In this document: positions 13,120 to 25,769 of the stretch, piece after piece
Position numbering within the stretch: position 1 is the first letter of the stretch
Layout of the letters: every line of letters begins with the position of its first letter
NCBI GenBank assembly: GCA_964016885.1
Contig: OZ024743.1
Coordinates: forward strand, 322,772,001-322,836,000
From: Eledone cirrhosa
Taxonomy: Eukaryota
DNA length: 64,000 nt
Direction: 5' to 3'
Translations under genes and position numbers: made by a program
Notes under the pieces: model-generated
Seen by the model: only the letters and a program-made list of their open reading frames with translations
What the model was told of the DNA's origin: nothing
The model's database searches: none

Positions 13120-13400
13120 AGGCATATGGCTTAGTGGTTAGAGAATTGGATTTGCAATCATGAGGCTGCAATTTTGATTCCTGGACCGGGCAATGCATTA
13201 TGTCCTTGAGCAAGACACTTTTTTAACATTGTTCTTTCTGCAAGAAGTTGTGACCGGTAGATAGTATTAGTAATAGAAAGACCTATGGAAACATTGTTTC
13301 CTTGGTCAGATTTGATGGGTTCCACCCCACTCGGTAAGCGAATGAGGTCTGGGATCTTGCCAACTGATTCAATCGATTGATTAAGCCAAACAGACATTAA
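13120..13400 (+). mobile_element. tRNA-derived SINE family S3 (S1-like head, different body)
   Basis: tggcttagtggttagag head, ccttgagcaagacactt, then gaaacattgtttccttggtcagatttgatg...gtaagcgaatga; second copy at 31903-32150. Confidence 0.8.
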
Positions 13401-13535
13401 ATATTTTATATGTGTAAGCTTTATGTATTTGAGTTTTGTCTATTAAATCTCTACATGAGTTAATTAGAATAGTACTTCCATGCCCCTCCATCATATTATT
13501 CTAACTTGTTATTCTCCTATTTCACTGAGGAAATC

Positions 13536-13688
13536 ATAATTGTTTCTACTTTAGGCACAAGGCCAGCAATTACCCAGTGCATTACTGGTACTTTATTTTA
13601 TCGACCCCGTAAGGATGAAAGGAAAAGTCAACCTCGGTGGGATTTGAACTCAGATCGTAAAGGGACGTAACTATGCTGGAAAGCATGG
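13536..13688 (-). mobile_element. SINE family S2, 5'-truncated
   Basis: Reverse complement of gagttcaaatccc.ccgagg...ggtcgataaaataaagtaccag...gtagaaacaattat. Confidence 0.85.
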
Positions 13689-13950
13689 AATCTAATTCGT
13701 TCCACAAATAAAGAAGCCTTTCTATAGTCATAGCTTTTGTCCTTGAACTGCCAGACTTTGGAAATCTCTTCCATCTTATTGTTTTCCACCTCCTTATGAT
13801 GTGAATTCTTTCAAGACTAAAGTAAATTCAACCCTTTCCTCTTAATTTCTCCTTAGGTGCCGCTTATCGATCTCCGTCGCGCTCTTATTATATCTGTCTG
13901 TATTACGACATTATTACAAACACGTCATTGCTGACATATTATTTTTGCTA

Positions 13951-13994
<44 letters not shown>

Positions 13995-14073
13995 CATATA
14001 TATATATATATACACATATATACATATACACACACATATATACACATATACATACATACATACATATATATTT

Positions 14074-14808
14074 ATATTATTAAGTGTAAGGAATTCTTTT
14101 ACAATGGAATTAGCTCGAAGGAGGAAAATACCCCTGAGCCGTGTATAAACTAATATATATGATGAAACACAGATACCAACACATCTGTATATATATTGCA
14201 AAAGAAAATTTAGCCAGAATGAAGTATACTAATTATTATACTACAGTTTGTCCATATCGATTTAAAATAATAAATCAACAAAGACGAACTGCATTGCCAA
14301 AAGGCTATGATGTTTAGACACATTTAAATTTCAAAATCAAACCTGTTCCGTAGATAAGTTTAAACTTTAAAATCCAAATATGTTTCGAGATAAATAAGTG
14401 TAGGAATATCATGTCCTGCTCTCCTCAGTAAACATCCAGGGACAAATTGATATGCTTCACTTCTAAATAATTTAAAAGACTGTGTGACGCACATGGTTTA
14501 ACAGTTTCTAGCTAGTCTCATAACCGTACTGCTAGAAATAATAGTCGTATATATGAGGCGGCTTTCAGCTCAGACTAGGAGCAGTTATATTATTAAGTGT
14601 AAGGAATTCTTTTACAATGGAATTAGCTCGAAGGAGGAAAATACCCCTGAGCCGTGTATAAACTATATGGACAAATCGACAAATCGACAAATCGATATGG
14701 ACAAACTGTAGTATAATAATTAGTATACTTCATTCTGGCTAAATTTTCTTTTGCAATATATATACAGATGTGTTGGTATCTGTGTTTCATCATATATATT
14801 AGTTTATA
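14074..14808. mobile_element. Penelope-like remnant with direct and inverted duplications and a hammerhead core
   Basis: 14074-14151 is repeated directly at 14588-14665; 14146-14262 is repeated inverted at ~14690-14808; minus-strand CTGAGGA-gag..ctc-GAAA core at 14372-14433. Confidence 0.55.
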
Positions 14809-16182
14809 TATTTATATATATATATATACATACATATACAGCAGCGGCTGTTAGGGCAAGACGTGTTTTCTTGGGCTCTGCTAGAGTCAGCAGCAACACA
14901 CAACCACGTGTTGCTACACACAAGGGGAAAGAGAAAAAAATTATGAGACCAATAGAGATATGTACATTTATATCTAAATATTGTTATTATCATTTACAGT
15001 CCCTCTGTGTTTAATGTAAAAACATGTTCATTGGTATATGTGTTGTTATTCTGTTTACATTTTACATACATATATATATATCAATGCTTGTGTGGACCTC
15101 TCAAAATTCGTTGGATTTTCTAATTGGATTTTCACCCCGAAACTGGATACCAACCCTGAGTACACCTGAACTTCCACCAGGAAATCTTTCGTATCGTTGA
15201 AAAAAAAGAAATAAATAAAAAAAAAAAAAAATTTTCTTTGCTTCTTATATATTATATATACTTGTCCGCCATTGCAAGGGGCCATAAACTCAAAATTTTG
15301 AAGAGAGAGGAAAGGAGACAAGTGAACTATGAACTTGTACATCTCACTGACCTCCACCACCACAATAACAATAACGTCTACACTCGCTCCCTACCATCAC
15401 CACAGTACTCATTACTCTATCTAAGGTGACTGACCTGTTCCCTCTTCCCTGTTGACATAATGCTGACTCTTTTGATGTATGTATGTGTATATACATATAT
15501 ATATGTGTGTGTATATGTATATCTCAGTGGATGCGACCAGATTTCAACACAGCAACAACAACAGCAACAACACCATTGTCTGTATTGAATGTGTGTGTAT
15601 GTATGTATTTATATGTATGCGACTGCAATAACAGCATCAACACCATTGTCTGCAGCAACAGCAGCAGTGAAATGAAGAAGAAGAACAACAACAACAGCGA
15701 CAGCAACAACACCATTGTCTGTGTTGAATCTTTGTGTATGTATGTATTTATATATATGCGACTACAGTAACAGCATCAACACCATTGTCTGCAGCATAAG
15801 AACAACAACAGCAGCAGCAGCAGCAACAACACAACAACAACAACAGCAACTACAATAACAACTACAGCACCAACAACTGCCACCACCATCACCACCATTC
15901 TCCACCACCACCGCCATTACCAGCGTAAAGCAAACAATTATAATTATTATTATTATATACAAGCTGAACTGGACTGGGAAAGGTCAACAGTTGACATGAT
16001 ATTGATTTTGATTTTGTATTTGTATCAGTACTGCCGGTAATATATATATATATATATGTGTGTGTTTGTATGCGTGAATGAGTGTTGGTGTGTGTGTGGT
16101 TGTGGTTTGTATGCATGAGTGTTGGTGTGTGAGTGTGTGTGTGTGCGTCGTGTCAATAAGTTTTTTTTTTTTTTTTTTTTTT

Positions 16183-19100
16183 AATGACCATGCTGTAAAA
16201 TGGAGGGGTAGAGAGGGCCCTTGAGTCTAGTAAGACATCCTCTCTAGTGCTGGTGGCACAAATAAAAGCACCCAGTCCATGCTGTAAAGTGGCGCTGGTG
16301 TTAGGAAGGGCATCCAACCAGTGTATCAATGCCAAAACGCTTATCAGCACAGCAACAAATAGGAACAACAACAAAATATGAAGACGTCTTATCTCAGAGT
16401 TGCAACACTTAATGTTGGCACTCTCAGAGGTAGATCTGCTGAAATAGCGGAGATGCTGGAGAGAAAGCAGGTGGATGTGTGCTGTGTGCAAGAGGTGAGA
16501 TGGAGAGGTGCCTCTGCGAGACTAGCCGTAGGCAAACGTCTTAGCTATAAGCTATTCTGGGTAGGTAAGGATGATGGGTTAGGGGGAGTAGGCATTTTCC
16601 TGGCTGAGAAATGGATCAATAAGACAATAGAGGTAGTTCGAGTTAGTAATCGAATAATTAAGCTTAGATTAGTTGTAGGCAGGAGACTACTGACAATCAT
16701 CTCGGCCTATGCTCCCCAAGCAGGCCTAGGCAAAGATGAGAAAGACTGCTTTTATGAGCAACTTCTACAAACAACCGCAATGACAGAGGACAGAGACATT
16801 GTTATACTAGCAGGAGACTTCAATGGTCATGTTGGACAGCTCCAGGATGATTACACTGGGGTACATGGTGGGCACGGTTACGGTTCAAGAAATGAATGAG
16901 TGAGACTTCTTGAATTTTGTGATGCAGGTACATTGACTATTTGCAACACAAACTTCCAGAAACCTGCCAATCACCTAATAACCTACAAATCTGGTGAGCA
17001 CATAAGCAAGATTGACTTCTTATTAGTTAGGCAGCGGGACAGGCAGATAGTGTCTAATACCAAGACATACCCTGGGGAAGAATGTACCCCACAGCATAGG
17101 TTAGTTGTTAGTGATATCTCAGTAAGCAAGAGATGGAATGAGACATATAGGAAGGTGTGGAGAAGAAAGGTCTGGAAGCTAAAAGACCTTTCACTAAAAT
17201 ACAAATTTAGGAAAGCCCTTCAAGATGTATATGACGAAAAAGAAGACGATTTAAAGACATATGACATAGATAATAACTGGAATTTCTTACGTGACAACTT
17301 GCTGCAGGCTACTGATGAAACTTGTGGCTGGAGCAGAGCTCCAACCAGACAGAGAGTGACCTGGTGGTGGAACAGCACAGTAGATAAGGCTATTAGAGAC
17401 AAAAAACTAGCATGGAAGGCTTGGAAAAAGGGTGGGAGTAGGGAAGAATATACAGCCTCTAAGAGAGAAGCTAGACGTCAGGTGTACTTAGCACGCAGGG
17501 AGGCAGAGAGTAGGAGGTTTGCCAATGTTCTGCGACGGGAAGATCAGAGGCGGGCGGTGTTCCACATTGCAAGGCAGTGTGTCAATGCAAATCAGGATGT
17601 TGTTGGAGATAAATGTGTCCGGGATGATGCCGGTGTACTTAGTGTCACGAATGATCAGAAAAAGGAGGCCTGGAAATGTCATTATGAGAGACTGATGAAT
17701 GTGGAGAACAAATGGGGGAGAGAGAAATTACCCTTGGTAGATCCGACAGAGGGACCAGCTATTGAGATTGCCGAATATAGGGTCCAAAAGGCGATTAGGG
17801 AAATGAAAAATGGTAAGGCTGCCGGACCATCGGGAATAGTTGCTGAGATGCTGAAGGCATCAGGGGATGTAGGCACTAACCTGGTTGCATGCATCATCAA
17901 TCAAGCTATATATAGTGGTGTCATACCCAAAGACTGGTGCAGCAGTATTCTCATAAATTGCTACAAAAGTAAAGGGGATGCTCTGGAGAGGAGCAATTAT
18001 AGGCGTATAAAACTGTTAGATCAGGTTATGAAAGTGGCAGAAAGGATTTTAGCACAACTAATTAGAGAAAGAGTCAAACTAGATGAGATGCAGTTTGGTT
18101 TTGTGTCTGGGAAGAGTACAACAGATGCTCTCTTCTTGGTGAGACAATTACAAGAGAGGTTCTTAGAGAAGAATAAGCCACTATACTTAGCCTTTGTTGA
18201 CCTAGAGAAGGCCTTTGATAGGGTACCCCGATCTGTCATCTGGTGGTCCCTAAGGAAGCTAGGTGTTGAGGAATGGCTTGTGAGGACAGTGCAAACTTTG
18301 TACAGAGGTACTCTCAGTAAAGTCAGGGTAGGAATGGAGTTTAGTGAGGAATTCCAGATACAAGTAGGAGTACATCAGGGTTCGGTCCTCAGCTCGCTCT
18401 TGTTCATTATAGTCCTCCAAGCCATAACAGAGGAGTTTAAGACTGGCTGTCCATGGGAACTTCTCTATGCTGACGATCTGGTTCTTATAGCAGAATCATT
18501 CGAGGAGCTAGAGAATAAATTCTGGCTTTGGAAACAGCAGTTGGAAGCAAGAGGACTGAGAGTGAACCTAGCTAAGACAAAAGTGTTGATGAGTAGAAAA
18601 GAGGACAAAACCCTGATTCCGTCAGGGAAATGGCCATGTTCGATATGCAGAAAAGGAACTGGCATAAATTCTATAAAATGCACACAATGCAGATCCTGGG
18701 TACACAAGAGATGTAGCGGGATAGCAGGCAAACTAACAGGTAGGGAGAAATATGTATGCAGTAGATGTACAGGGAAATTAGACAGTAGAAGTCGCATTGA
18801 TATACACATTTTTCAAATGTAGGAGGGGGCTATAGAAGTGGTGGATAGCTTCCGGTATCTAGGAGATCAGATTAGCATGGGAGGAGGGTGTTCCGAGGCC
18901 ATAGTATCTAGAATAAGGACAGGTTGGAAGAAGTTTAGGGAGCTGCTTCCTCTGTTGACGAAGAAGGGTTTCTCCCTGCGTATGAAAGGCCGGTTGTATG
19001 ATGCTTGTGTGAGGAGCGCGATGCTGCATGGTAATGAGACATGGGCAGCAACTGCAGAGGATATGCGACGGCTGGAGAGAAATGAGGCAAGCATGCTCCG

Positions 19101-19443
19101 TTGGATGTGCAGTGTAAATGTGCATGAACGACCCAGCATAAATCTGTTGAGAGAGAAACTGTGTCTGAGAGGGATAGAATGTAGTGTACGGGAGAGGAGA
19201 CTGAGGTGGTATGGACATGTGATGCGCATGGAGGATGACCGATGGCCAGGAAATGGCAGTTGAAGGAAGACGTGGTAGAGGTAGACCACGAAAAACATGG
19301 GCGGAGGTGGTGAGAACAGACCTCAGATCATTGAAGCTCACGGTGGAGATGACGAAGGACCGTGACAAGTGGAGGGATGCTGTGCTGAATAAGACCCATC
19401 CCACCCTTGCAAGCAGGGAAAAGCGGATGTAAAATGATGATGA
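16183..19443 (+). mobile_element. RTE-clade LINE family A, near full length (APE-RT with embedded PHD finger), inactivated
   Basis: APE motifs (TLNVGTL, CVQEVRW, AYAPQ, GDFNGH, IDFLL); RT motifs (QFGF, FVDLEKAFD, GVHQGSVLS, YADD); C4HC3 finger at 18637-18768; stops at 16897 and 18820 and a frameshift near 19245; ends ...REKRM* into (GAT)n. Confidence 0.95.
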
Positions 19444-19529
19444 TACATATACATACACATATACATATATATGCATATACACATATATATATATATACAT
19501 ATATATAAATATACACATTAAAAAAAATA

Positions 19530-20356
19530 TATATATATAAAACCTTTTACTCCCACACTCTTGCAAAAAACCACACTCTTATACCCTTATATGTATATAC
19601 ACACACACACACACAAACATATATATATATATATATACACACAGGTACATTGTAGGTCGCTTTAACCCGTCTTTTATTATTAAAAAAACTTCTTGCCAAT
19701 CAACATTAACCCTTTGTGCGCCATTCATCTAACTGTAGACCAACAAATACCAACTAAACAGAGCGTTGACAAGAACGATGGAGAATGAATCTTTGAGGTA
19801 AGCAGTTTCCTCCCGAGTTGTTAGTTCACGCGGGATTCTCTGCTACACCTTTTCGTAATAATACCGAACAACGTACTTCTGGTCACTCCTTCCTCCAAAA
19901 GCCATATAAAGCAGACATGTGCATCAGGCAGATGGATTGGGTGCAAATCTACACCAGGCCTATGCGAGAAATTCACAAGGGACTGCACCGAGAGGGATAG
20001 AGAGAAAGAGTAATTTAGTGGAAAGAGTGAGAATGAACTTTTGAGGTAAGTAGTCTATGCCTTACTGCTATGACACTGGAACCTTCTGCCAACTTAACCT
20101 GTGACTTTCTCTTTCACATTTACTCCAATAGGCCAAAACAGAGGAGTATGAAAAGAAGGGGCTCAACAATATTTCTATGAACATTGTACGTAGACAGCTA
20201 AACTGTACTTTCAACTTCTTAATTTTCTCCAAATAAAACAAGTTTCCTGTCGGTATATTTTCGTGAGTTTTTAACAGGCACTCACAAATAAACGTTTCTC
20301 ATTTGAGGTGCTATTACCAATGTTCTTACCCGTGCAATGCCGGGATACACTGCTAG
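19530..20356 (+). mobile_element. Non-autonomous Helitron (5' boundary uncertain)
   Basis: 3' hairpin cccgtgcaatgccggg, 8 nt, then CTAG (20353-20356) followed by T. Confidence 0.6.
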
Positions 20357-22258
20357 TAGTATAGTATTACTGTTGAAAATATATAGTACAGTACAGTATT
20401 ACTGTTGAAAATGTATAGTATAGTATTACTGTTGAAAATATATAGTATAATATTACTGTTGAAAACATATAGTATAGTATTACTGTTGAAAATATATGGT
20501 ATAGTATTACTGTTGAAAATATATAGTACAGTATTACTGTTGAAAATATATAGTATAATATTACTGTTGAAAATATATAGTATTACTGTTGAAAATATAT
20601 AGTATAGTATAGTATTGCTGTTGAAAATAAATAGTATAGTATAGTATCACTGTTGAAAATATATAGTACTAGCTGGCACATCCGACTGGCGCCTGACTAG
20701 GTATACCGGCATTTTATCTTTTCAGGAAAGATACCTCACACCCTCTCAAGTCAGCGAGGGGGGGGGGGGAGGTTAACGTGCTCTAATGTTGGGTTTGAAT
20801 AGTTTTTAGGATTCCCCAGTTCAGCAACGTTAAAGAAAATTGAAAGTTACAACAATAAAGGCTGAACAGAGAACAAATATTTTAGAAACAATAATTTGTA
20901 CAACCATAATGGAAATTCCAAGTAACAGAAAATATTTAAATTACATTGTTAGAGCCTCAGAGTATACAATATTTTTTGTTCAGCCATCCAGAGCAAAGAT
21001 GAAGAGATTGTTTGGCGAGCCGACCCTACAGGATTCTATATACAATTGACCATAGGAGAATCACTGATCTCGTAGCTCATCTCGCGGAGAAGCTCTGTAG
21101 ACGTTGACCTCTGGACACTCCTGTCAGGAGCAGATAAGCTGTAGTGACTTAGAGGCCTACCACCAATCTCCAGGACACTGTTTTTCAAGACAAATGAGCG
21201 CCTCGTTGAAAACGACATTGTATGTTACATTCAGATTGTGTCTGCGTGTGCGCTGGTGTATGTCCTCAGCTAGACTTTTGCGGTGGTTGTTCCACAGTGT
21301 GAGAGGGTCAGCGAGATCACAGTTGTGCAGCATAATAGCAAAAAGTTTTCGCAGTTGAGAAGGGACTTTAGCAGTTGCTGCTTCTGGCAGGGTGAGGTGC
21401 CAATGGCTGTCATCGTGTAACATACCACACATCTGGCAAGCCAAACGGTAAGTGGAACATTGATGGTCATTGATGGTTCTCAGATCTTGGAAAGACTGTG
21501 GTCCCCTAACCTTGAACAGTAACAATGACAATAAGCCATCTGTGCTTTCGTGAAATAAATAGGTTTTTGTTTTTGTGTATGCAAAAATATCTGTACACGA
21601 ATATATATATTAAAATAACAGATTGAAGTTTAAGCAAATAATCGCTGCTTTCACCTTTAACGGGATCTTCTGAAACTTAAAATCTCAGTCTGTGAATGCA
21701 GAAGTAAATATTTCGAAAAACGTTATCTAATGCAGACAGCCAGACATACAGACTAAGAAAAAGAGGGGAATGTTGTGCGACGTCATAAGAAAACGTGAGG
21801 AATGACGTATAACCGGAAATGTTGACATTTGAAATGTTAAAGAAGTGAATATTTAAATAATGTCTTTAATCTTTTAACAGAATTCAGTAGACAAAAATAC
21901 CCTCACTTTTTTACTTGGTAAAAGTTACATCTATGGTGCAAATTTGGTGCTGTTTGGTCCAGCCGATTGGTGGAAAGTTTGTTACCTACATACGGCCATC
22001 AGCTTTATAGTATAGATAGTATTACTGTTGAAAATATATAGTATAGTATTAATGTTGAAAAGATATAGTACAGTATTACTGTTGAAAATATATAGTATAG
22101 TATTACCGTTTAAAATATATAGTATAGTATTACCGTTGAAATATATAGTGTAGTATTACCATTTAAAATATATAGTATAGTATTACCGTTGAAAATATAT
22201 AGTATAGTACAGTATTACTGTTGAAAATATATAGTATAGTATTACTGTTGAAAATATG
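20357..22258. repeat. 27-bp minisatellite (ATATAGTATAGTATTACTGTTGAAAAT)n, split by a Helitron
   Basis: Arrays at 20357-20668 and 22017-22258. Confidence 0.95.
20669..22016 (-). mobile_element. Internally deleted Helitron retaining RepHel fragments
   Basis: 5' TCTATACTATAAAG at 22016 and 3' CTAG at 20669, inserted at A^T with no TSD; LLLFKVRGPQSFQDLRT...ACQMCGMLHDDSHW..TL.EA...PSQLRKLFAIML.C..ADPL.LW (RepHel linker); FSYGQLYIESCRVGSPNNLFIFALDG*TKNIVYSEAL (helicase C-terminus). Confidence 0.92.
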
Positions 22259-22290
22259 TACACGAATATATAATTATATATATATATATA

Positions 22291-22319
22291 TGGAGGCACA
22301 TGGCTTAGTGGTTAGAGCA
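22291..22319 (+). mobile_element. SINE S1-type head, cut by the assembly gap
   Basis: tggaggcacatggcttagtggttagagca immediately before the Ns. Confidence 0.75.
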
Positions 22320-22519
22320 NNNNNNNNNNNNNNNNNNNNNNNNNNNNNNNNNNNNNNNNNNNNNNNNNNNNNNNNNNNNNNNNNNNNNNNNNNNNNNNNN
22401 NNNNNNNNNNNNNNNNNNNNNNNNNNNNNNNNNNNNNNNNNNNNNNNNNNNNNNNNNNNNNNNNNNNNNNNNNNNNNNNNNNNNNNNNNNNNNNNNNNNN
22501 NNNNNNNNNNNNNNNNNNN
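22320..22519. other. Assembly gap (200 N)
   Basis: Run of Ns; contiguity and orientation across it are not guaranteed. Confidence 0.99.
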
Positions 22520-23124
22520 CCGAAATATATATTATATATATTATGTATAAGTTATGAGAATGTAACATTTATAGAAGAAAAATGTAAGTTAAAATCTTTA
22601 ATAGATCAGCTGAAAGAAGAGAGATGCTGTGAAACTCAGAGATATCCAATGATAGGTCACTGAAAGTAATGGAGTTGTTTTACATTGTAGATAACCTAAG
22701 CAATGTTTGTGGAATATAGCTTAGAATTTGTTGTTGATAAAGAAGATTAGAGAATATTTCCTTGTAAGGTATAAAGAGATTACTGCTCCATATGAAAATC
22801 CATTCTAAGAGGTCAGAAATATGATACTTTATAATAAGGAAGAATGTATATAGCAAAGATAAATGATTTCCAATGACTGGACAAGTATAGACAAGTATAG
22901 TCTAATATTATATATAATCCAAGGGATTAAGATAAAATAATTCTTATATTGAAAGTAAGCAATATCAAGTGTGAAGAAATGTGAGTAGTTTGTTGATTTC
23001 AGTTAATAGTGACATTATATATTCAACAATGATGTTTCAATGTATTTGTAAGAAGAAATCATTCTGAAGTTGGATAAAAGAAGGAAGAAATAGAGGGAGG
23101 GGAAAATACCACTCTCTTCTCTTG

Positions 23125-23700
23125 GCTGGACAGTTCATCTCAGCTACACCTCACAGACAGCATCATCATAGTGAACAGCCAGCAATACCTGCTACATCAA
23201 CCACTCCACTTTATGGGGTTCCTTCTTAAAGACAAATACTACACTCTTAGCTTGTCACTACATCTCAGCTGAACCTCAAGGACAAGATGCTGAAAGCATC
23301 ATCATGGTGAATAGCCAGCAATACCTGCTGTATCAGCCACTCCACCTCATGGAGCTCTTTCTTCAGATGCAATTTTACAGAGGAAAATGGAAATCATGGA
23401 TCTGAATAGCAACAATAAAATAAAATGAACACAGTCAGATTGATTGTGAGGAGACTGTTCATTAAAGCAGTAATCACCCAAAGCTGAAGTACACCAGCCA
23501 CAGCAAAGTGTGACAATGTTAGGTCCCTAAAGTGGCTGGGTTGCAAGCCAACTACCCTTCCACTGTTGCTACCTGGGAAGGATCTCAGGGCAACAATCAT
23601 ATCCTCCTTGGAGGTGGGTAAGCAGATATAACTGGCAGGTGCTTGAATTTCTCTGATATCAGCCAATGGGGTGGAGCGGTGTCTGTATGTTTGGTGAGTA
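23125..23700 (-). mobile_element. CRE-clade remnant (RT domain 0 plus duplicated C-terminal piece)
   Basis: ALRSFPGSNSGRVVGLQPSHFRDL (cf. AIRSFP.GSAGGPDGLRPQHLKDL); two copies of KEPH.VEWL..QV.LAVH at ~23150-23230 and ~23290-23365. Confidence 0.65.
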
Positions 23701-24415
23701 TAAGCTTGCTCATCAAGTGTCTGGCATGCAACAAACACCACAGAGTACAAATAAATTCTTACAAACTAACAAGAGAGCTATGTATGGATATTCAACTTGT
23801 TATAGATATCAGACTTAAGAGCAGCCTTAAATCATACCCTAGCATCTTAGAAAAAAAAAGAGACACATCAAATAATATTCTAAATTTATTTGATTTATTA
23901 TATTGCTTAGTGAGTACAGTTACACCCCTGACATGACAAAAACCAAACAGAAAGCAGTGGAGGTAAACCAGGGAGGGATTCTTCCAACAGGATTGAGAAA
24001 GCCCTGGACTGAATTGTATTAGAGTCATGATTAAAATGATTTTGACCAAAGGTCTGGTTGATTAAAGTTTACTTGGAGCTAAATAACAATATCAATAATA
24101 AATAAGTCCCCAGTAAACTAACTCCACTTTCTAATTTCATCATAAGAGCCTTGAGAGGGGCATATTGACCTTAGTGTTTATTTTGATCAAATTTGGTACA
24201 TATTTTATCAGTCTCATTTTGAGAAACTGCTAAGATATGCATAAACAAAAGTAAACATGACCACAAATACAGGCCCATACATACATATATGCACACATAC
24301 ATGCACACAGAGTACACATGTACATATATATACAAATGCATACACATAAACATACATACATACACACATACATACATACATACATACATACATACATACA
24401 TACATACATACATAC

Positions 24416-25025
24416 ATGGTGGCTGCCAACTCGTTTTCGAGTACGGCCACTACTTTATATCCATGTAGGAGAACCCCTACTGATGCGCTGAACGAGTGTG
24501 ACTTTTTAGTCCAGCCAGCGACTTGAAAACTCTGGTACAAACACTACACTTGTGACAATTATTGACACATAGTGCTGGGCCCATGGTACCATGTGATGAC
24601 AAGCAGAGAGATCTCCAGATATAAAGCAATGCCTGTGCCGTGAAGCTTTTATAGTGAGCAAAGGCACTGCACAAAGCCAGTCCCACTCTCTTAACCAAGA
24701 TGATATTTACCAAAAAGAAGAACAAGTCAACATCATTGGATACCATCAGGGTTGCAGGTGTTATATCAGAGTTTTCCTTCTCCTAGAATTCTGCCTTGAC
24801 AAAGGCTAAGGGGTCATCTCTCCCAGTGATTTTAGATGGCCATTGACTCTTAAGAGCTCCTTTGCCCTTTGACAGGTTTTGTTTTTAGTCCTGCAGGATG
24901 TCCAAAGTAACCCTCCTCACCAAGAAACCTTGGTGGGGTTGCCAGTTTAGTCGCCAACGACCCGACCATGGGACAGGTTGTACTGGGATACATGTTACCA
25001 GTAGCACCAACTGATGACCTGACAC
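24416..25025 (-). mobile_element. Non-autonomous bipartite Bov-B-like RTE derivative
   Basis: 5' part with ggaggaaggaaaactctga motif joined to a 3' part encoding the C2H2 finger CSVCTRVFKSLAGLKSHTRSAH*, followed by a 3' UTR and (TATG)n. Confidence 0.7.
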
Positions 25026-25327
25026 ATATACATATACATACATACATACATACATACACATATACATATATACATACATACATACACACATATACACACA
25101 TACATATATATATACATACATACATATACACATATACATACATACACATACACATATACATATATACATGCATGCACACATATACATACATATACACATA
25201 CATACACATACATATACATACACACATACATATATATACACATACATATACACATACATATACATACATATACATACACATACATATACATACATATATA
25301 CATATATACACATATATATACATATAT

Positions 25328-25512
25328 ATGGTGGCTGCCAACTCGTTTTCGAGTACGACCACTACCTTATATCCATGTAGGAGAACCCCGACCGATGCTT
25401 ATAGTGAGCAAAGGCACTGCACAAAGCCAGTCCCACTCTCTTAACCAAGATGATATGGGACAGGTTGTACTGGGATACATGTTACCAGTAGCACCAACTG
25501 GTGACCTGACAC
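25328..25512 (-). mobile_element. Shorter deletion derivative of the same Bov-B-like element
   Basis: Same 5' and 3' ends as 24416-25025, with one retained middle block (cf. 24650-24705). Confidence 0.75.
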
Positions 25513-25566
25513 ATATATATATACATACATACATACACACATACACACACATATACACATACATAC

Positions 25567-25601
<35 letters not shown>

Positions 25602-25769
25602 TACATATACACATATATACACATACATATACATACATACATACATACACATATATATATACATACACATATACATACATACATATACACACATACATAC
25701 ACATATATATACATATATATACATGCACGTATACATACATATACATACATACATACATACATACATACA

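Noticed and set aside
15483-15962. Poly-Q/N-like coding region
   Set aside because: Local tandem duplications of caacaccattgtctg mixed with (CAA/CAG) and (TG/TA) microsatellites; no long coherent frame or splice sites.
16378-19432. Active autonomous LINE or programmed read-through
   Set aside because: The TAG at 18820 is CAG in the sister copy (62872-64000) and the frameshift near 19245 is absent there, so both are post-insertion lesions; the TGA at 16897 falls in a stretch that is open in family B.
18465-19566. Antisense ORFs over the RTE elements (also 37688-38806 and 62805-63873)
   Set aside because: Shadow frames of the LINE coding strand with no independent motifs.
22221-22568. ORFs spanning the N run
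   Set aside because: Artefacts of the assembly gap.
24930-25025. HDV-like ribozyme at the 5' end of the Bov-B-like derivative
   Set aside because: RTE 5' ends can carry them, but I could not assemble P1/P1.1/P2/P3 by eye; this needs a descriptor search.
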